64,000 bases of DNA from Mobula hypostoma. Its lineage: Eukaryota. This document shows, one piece after another, positions 62,100 through 64,000 of the stretch (position 1 is the stretch's first letter; each line of letters opens with the position of its first letter). A program made the translations under genes and the position numbers. The stretch is from positions 98,892,001 through 98,956,000 of the forward strand of contig NC_086097.1 of assembly GCF_963921235.1 (NCBI RefSeq). Direction: 5' to 3'. The notes under the pieces are model-generated. The model saw only the letters and a list, made by a program, of their open reading frames with translations. It ran no database searches and was not told the DNA's origin.

Positions 62100-64000
62100 A
62101 GGCAGTTTTTCACTACTCCGGGTAAAAGAGAGGTGAGACTGCGCAGGCGCGTGACGTCAGCCAGTAGAGCACGAAAGGTTTAAAAAGAAGACCGCCATAT
62201 CCAGCGGGCAACGGAGTGATCGGGCTTTGGCTCAATGGGCTTAGGTGGTAACGGGACGAGGCGAAGTAGGTTTACCGGTGTTATTTGCGGAAAGGAGGAA
62301 GTATGTGTGTGAGGCCAGTTTTCTGTGCTCGGTGTCAGATGTGGGAGGTCCTGGAGTCTCCCAGTCTCCCGGACGGCCATATCTGCACCAGGTGTGTCGA
62401 GCTGCAGCTCCTGAGAGACTGAGTTCGGGAACTGGAGATGCAGCTCGATGACCTTCGCCTGGTCAGGGAGAGCGAGGAGGTGATAGAAAGGAGTTACAGG
62501 CAGGTGGTCACACCGGGGCCATGGGAGACAGACAAGTGGGTGACCTTTAGGAAGGGGAAGGGGAAGAGTCAGGTACTAGAGAGTACCCCTGTGGCTGTAT
62601 CCCTTGACAGTAAGTACTCCTGTTTGAGTACTGTTGGGGGAGACAGCCTACCTGGGGGAAACGACAGTGGCTGTGGGTAGGGAAAGGAAGAGGATGGCAG
62701 CAGTGATAGGGGACTCTATAGTTAGGGGGTCAGACAGGTGATTCTGTGGACGTAGGAAAGAAACTCAGATGGTAGTTTGCCTCCCAGGTGCCAGGGTCTG
62801 GGTTGTTTCAGATCGCGGCCAAGATACCCTGAAGTGGGAGGGAGAACAGCCAGAGGTTGTGGTACATATTGGTACCAATGACATAGGTAGGAAAAGGGAG
62901 GAGGTCCTGAAAAAAGACTACAGGGAGTTAGGAAGGAAGTTGAGAAGCAGGACTGCAAAGGTAGTAATCTCGGGATTACTGCCTGTGCCATGCGACAGTG
63001 AGAATAGGAATAGAATGAGGTGGAGGATAAATGTGTGGCTGAGGGATTGGAGCAGGGGGCAGGGATTCAGATTTATGGATCATTGGGACCTCTTTTGGGG
63101 CAGGTGTGACCTGTACAAAAGGGACGGGTTGCACTTGAATCCCCGGGGGACCATATCCTGGCGGGGAGGTTTGCTAGGGCTACTGGGGAGAGTTTAAACT
63201 ATAATTGTTGGGAGGGGGGTGGGAACCGAACTGAAGAGACTAGGGAAGAGGCAGTTGGCTCGCAAATAGAGAAAGCTTGTAGACAGTGTGAGAGTGGGGA
63301 TAGGCAGGTGATAGAGAAGGGACGCGCTCAGACCGACAGTTTGAGATGTGTCTATTTTAATGCAAGGAGTGTTGTGAACAAAGTGGATGAGCTTAGAGTG
63401 TGGATCAGTACTTGGAGCTATGATGTTGTGGCCATTACAGAGACTTGGATGGCTCAGGAACAGGAATGGTTACTTCAAGTGCCAGGTTTTAGATGTTTCA
63501 GAAAGGACAGGGAGGGAGGCAAAAGAGGTGGGGGCATGGCACTGTTGATCAGAGATAGTGTCACGGCTGCAGAAAAGGTGGACATCATGGAGGGATTGTC
63601 TACAAAGTCTCTGTGGGTGGAAGTTAGGAACAGGAAGGGGGTCAATAACTTTACTGGGTGTTTTTTATAGGCCGCCCAATAGTAACAGGGATATTGAGGA
63701 GCAGATAGGGAAACAGATCCTGGAAAGGTGTAATAATAACAGAGTTTAAACGCAAACAACAGGAATTCTGCAGATGCTGGAAATTCAAGCAACACACATC
63801 AAAGTTGCTGGTGAACACAGCAGGCCAGGCAGCATCTATAGGAAGAGGTGCAGTCGACGTTTCAGGCCGAGACCCTTCGTATAATAACAGAGTTGTTGTG
63901 ATGGGAGATTTTAATTTCCCAAATATCGTTTGGCGTGTCCCTAGAGCAAGGGGTTTAGATGGGGTGGAGTTTGTTAGGTGTGTTCAGGAAGGTTTCTTGA
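62100..64000 (+). mobile_element. CR1 LINE 5' end: 5' UTR, disrupted ORF1 (Cys-rich region, coiled coil, SGNH esterase) and ORF2 endonuclease start
   Basis: CpG-rich 5' UTR; VCLPGARV...VVVHIGTNDIG...DGLHLN; LRCVYFNARSVVNKVDEL...VAITETW; YRPP. Confidence 0.9.
63747..63880. mobile_element. Penelope-derived fragment inserted in CR1 ORF2, 14-bp TSD
   Basis: TSD ataataacagagtt at 63733-63746 and 63881-63894. Confidence 0.8.

Noticed and set aside
62100..62300. CpG-rich stretch with a TGACGTCA site as a host gene promoter
   Set aside because: It is the 5' UTR/internal promoter region of the CR1 element.

Overview
Vertebrate genomic DNA; the repeat repertoire suggests a cartilaginous fish such as a ray (inference). 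Two convergent multi-exon genes sit in a transposon-rich background. (1) + strand: exons 2-8 of a protein-L-isoaspartate O-methyltransferase (PIMT/PCMT1 family, probably the pcmtl paralog), 8964-33185. Exon sizes are 105/32/105/121/86/170 bp plus a terminal micro-exon giving a C-terminal -GREL; exon 1 was not found. (2) - strand: the 3' end of a beta-spectrin, most similar to SPTBN5, with four PH-domain exons and four tail exons (61747 to 37689); the rest lies beyond the window end. The introns hold many CR1 LINEs (one with an 829-aa uninterrupted ORF2, two with ORF1 esterase remnants), L2 and RTE fragments, palindromic Penelope-derived inserts with TSDs, Tc1 and Tigger/pogo DNA transposons, and five tandem arrays. 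Two arrays visibly arose from retroelement 3' ends. I found no RNA genes, no CRISPR array and no clearly new multi-gene system. The best leads are the -GREL isoform, a ~410-bp hairpin next to a splice acceptor, minisatellite birth at an insertion junction, and a repeat-split cryptic reading frame in the spectrin tail.
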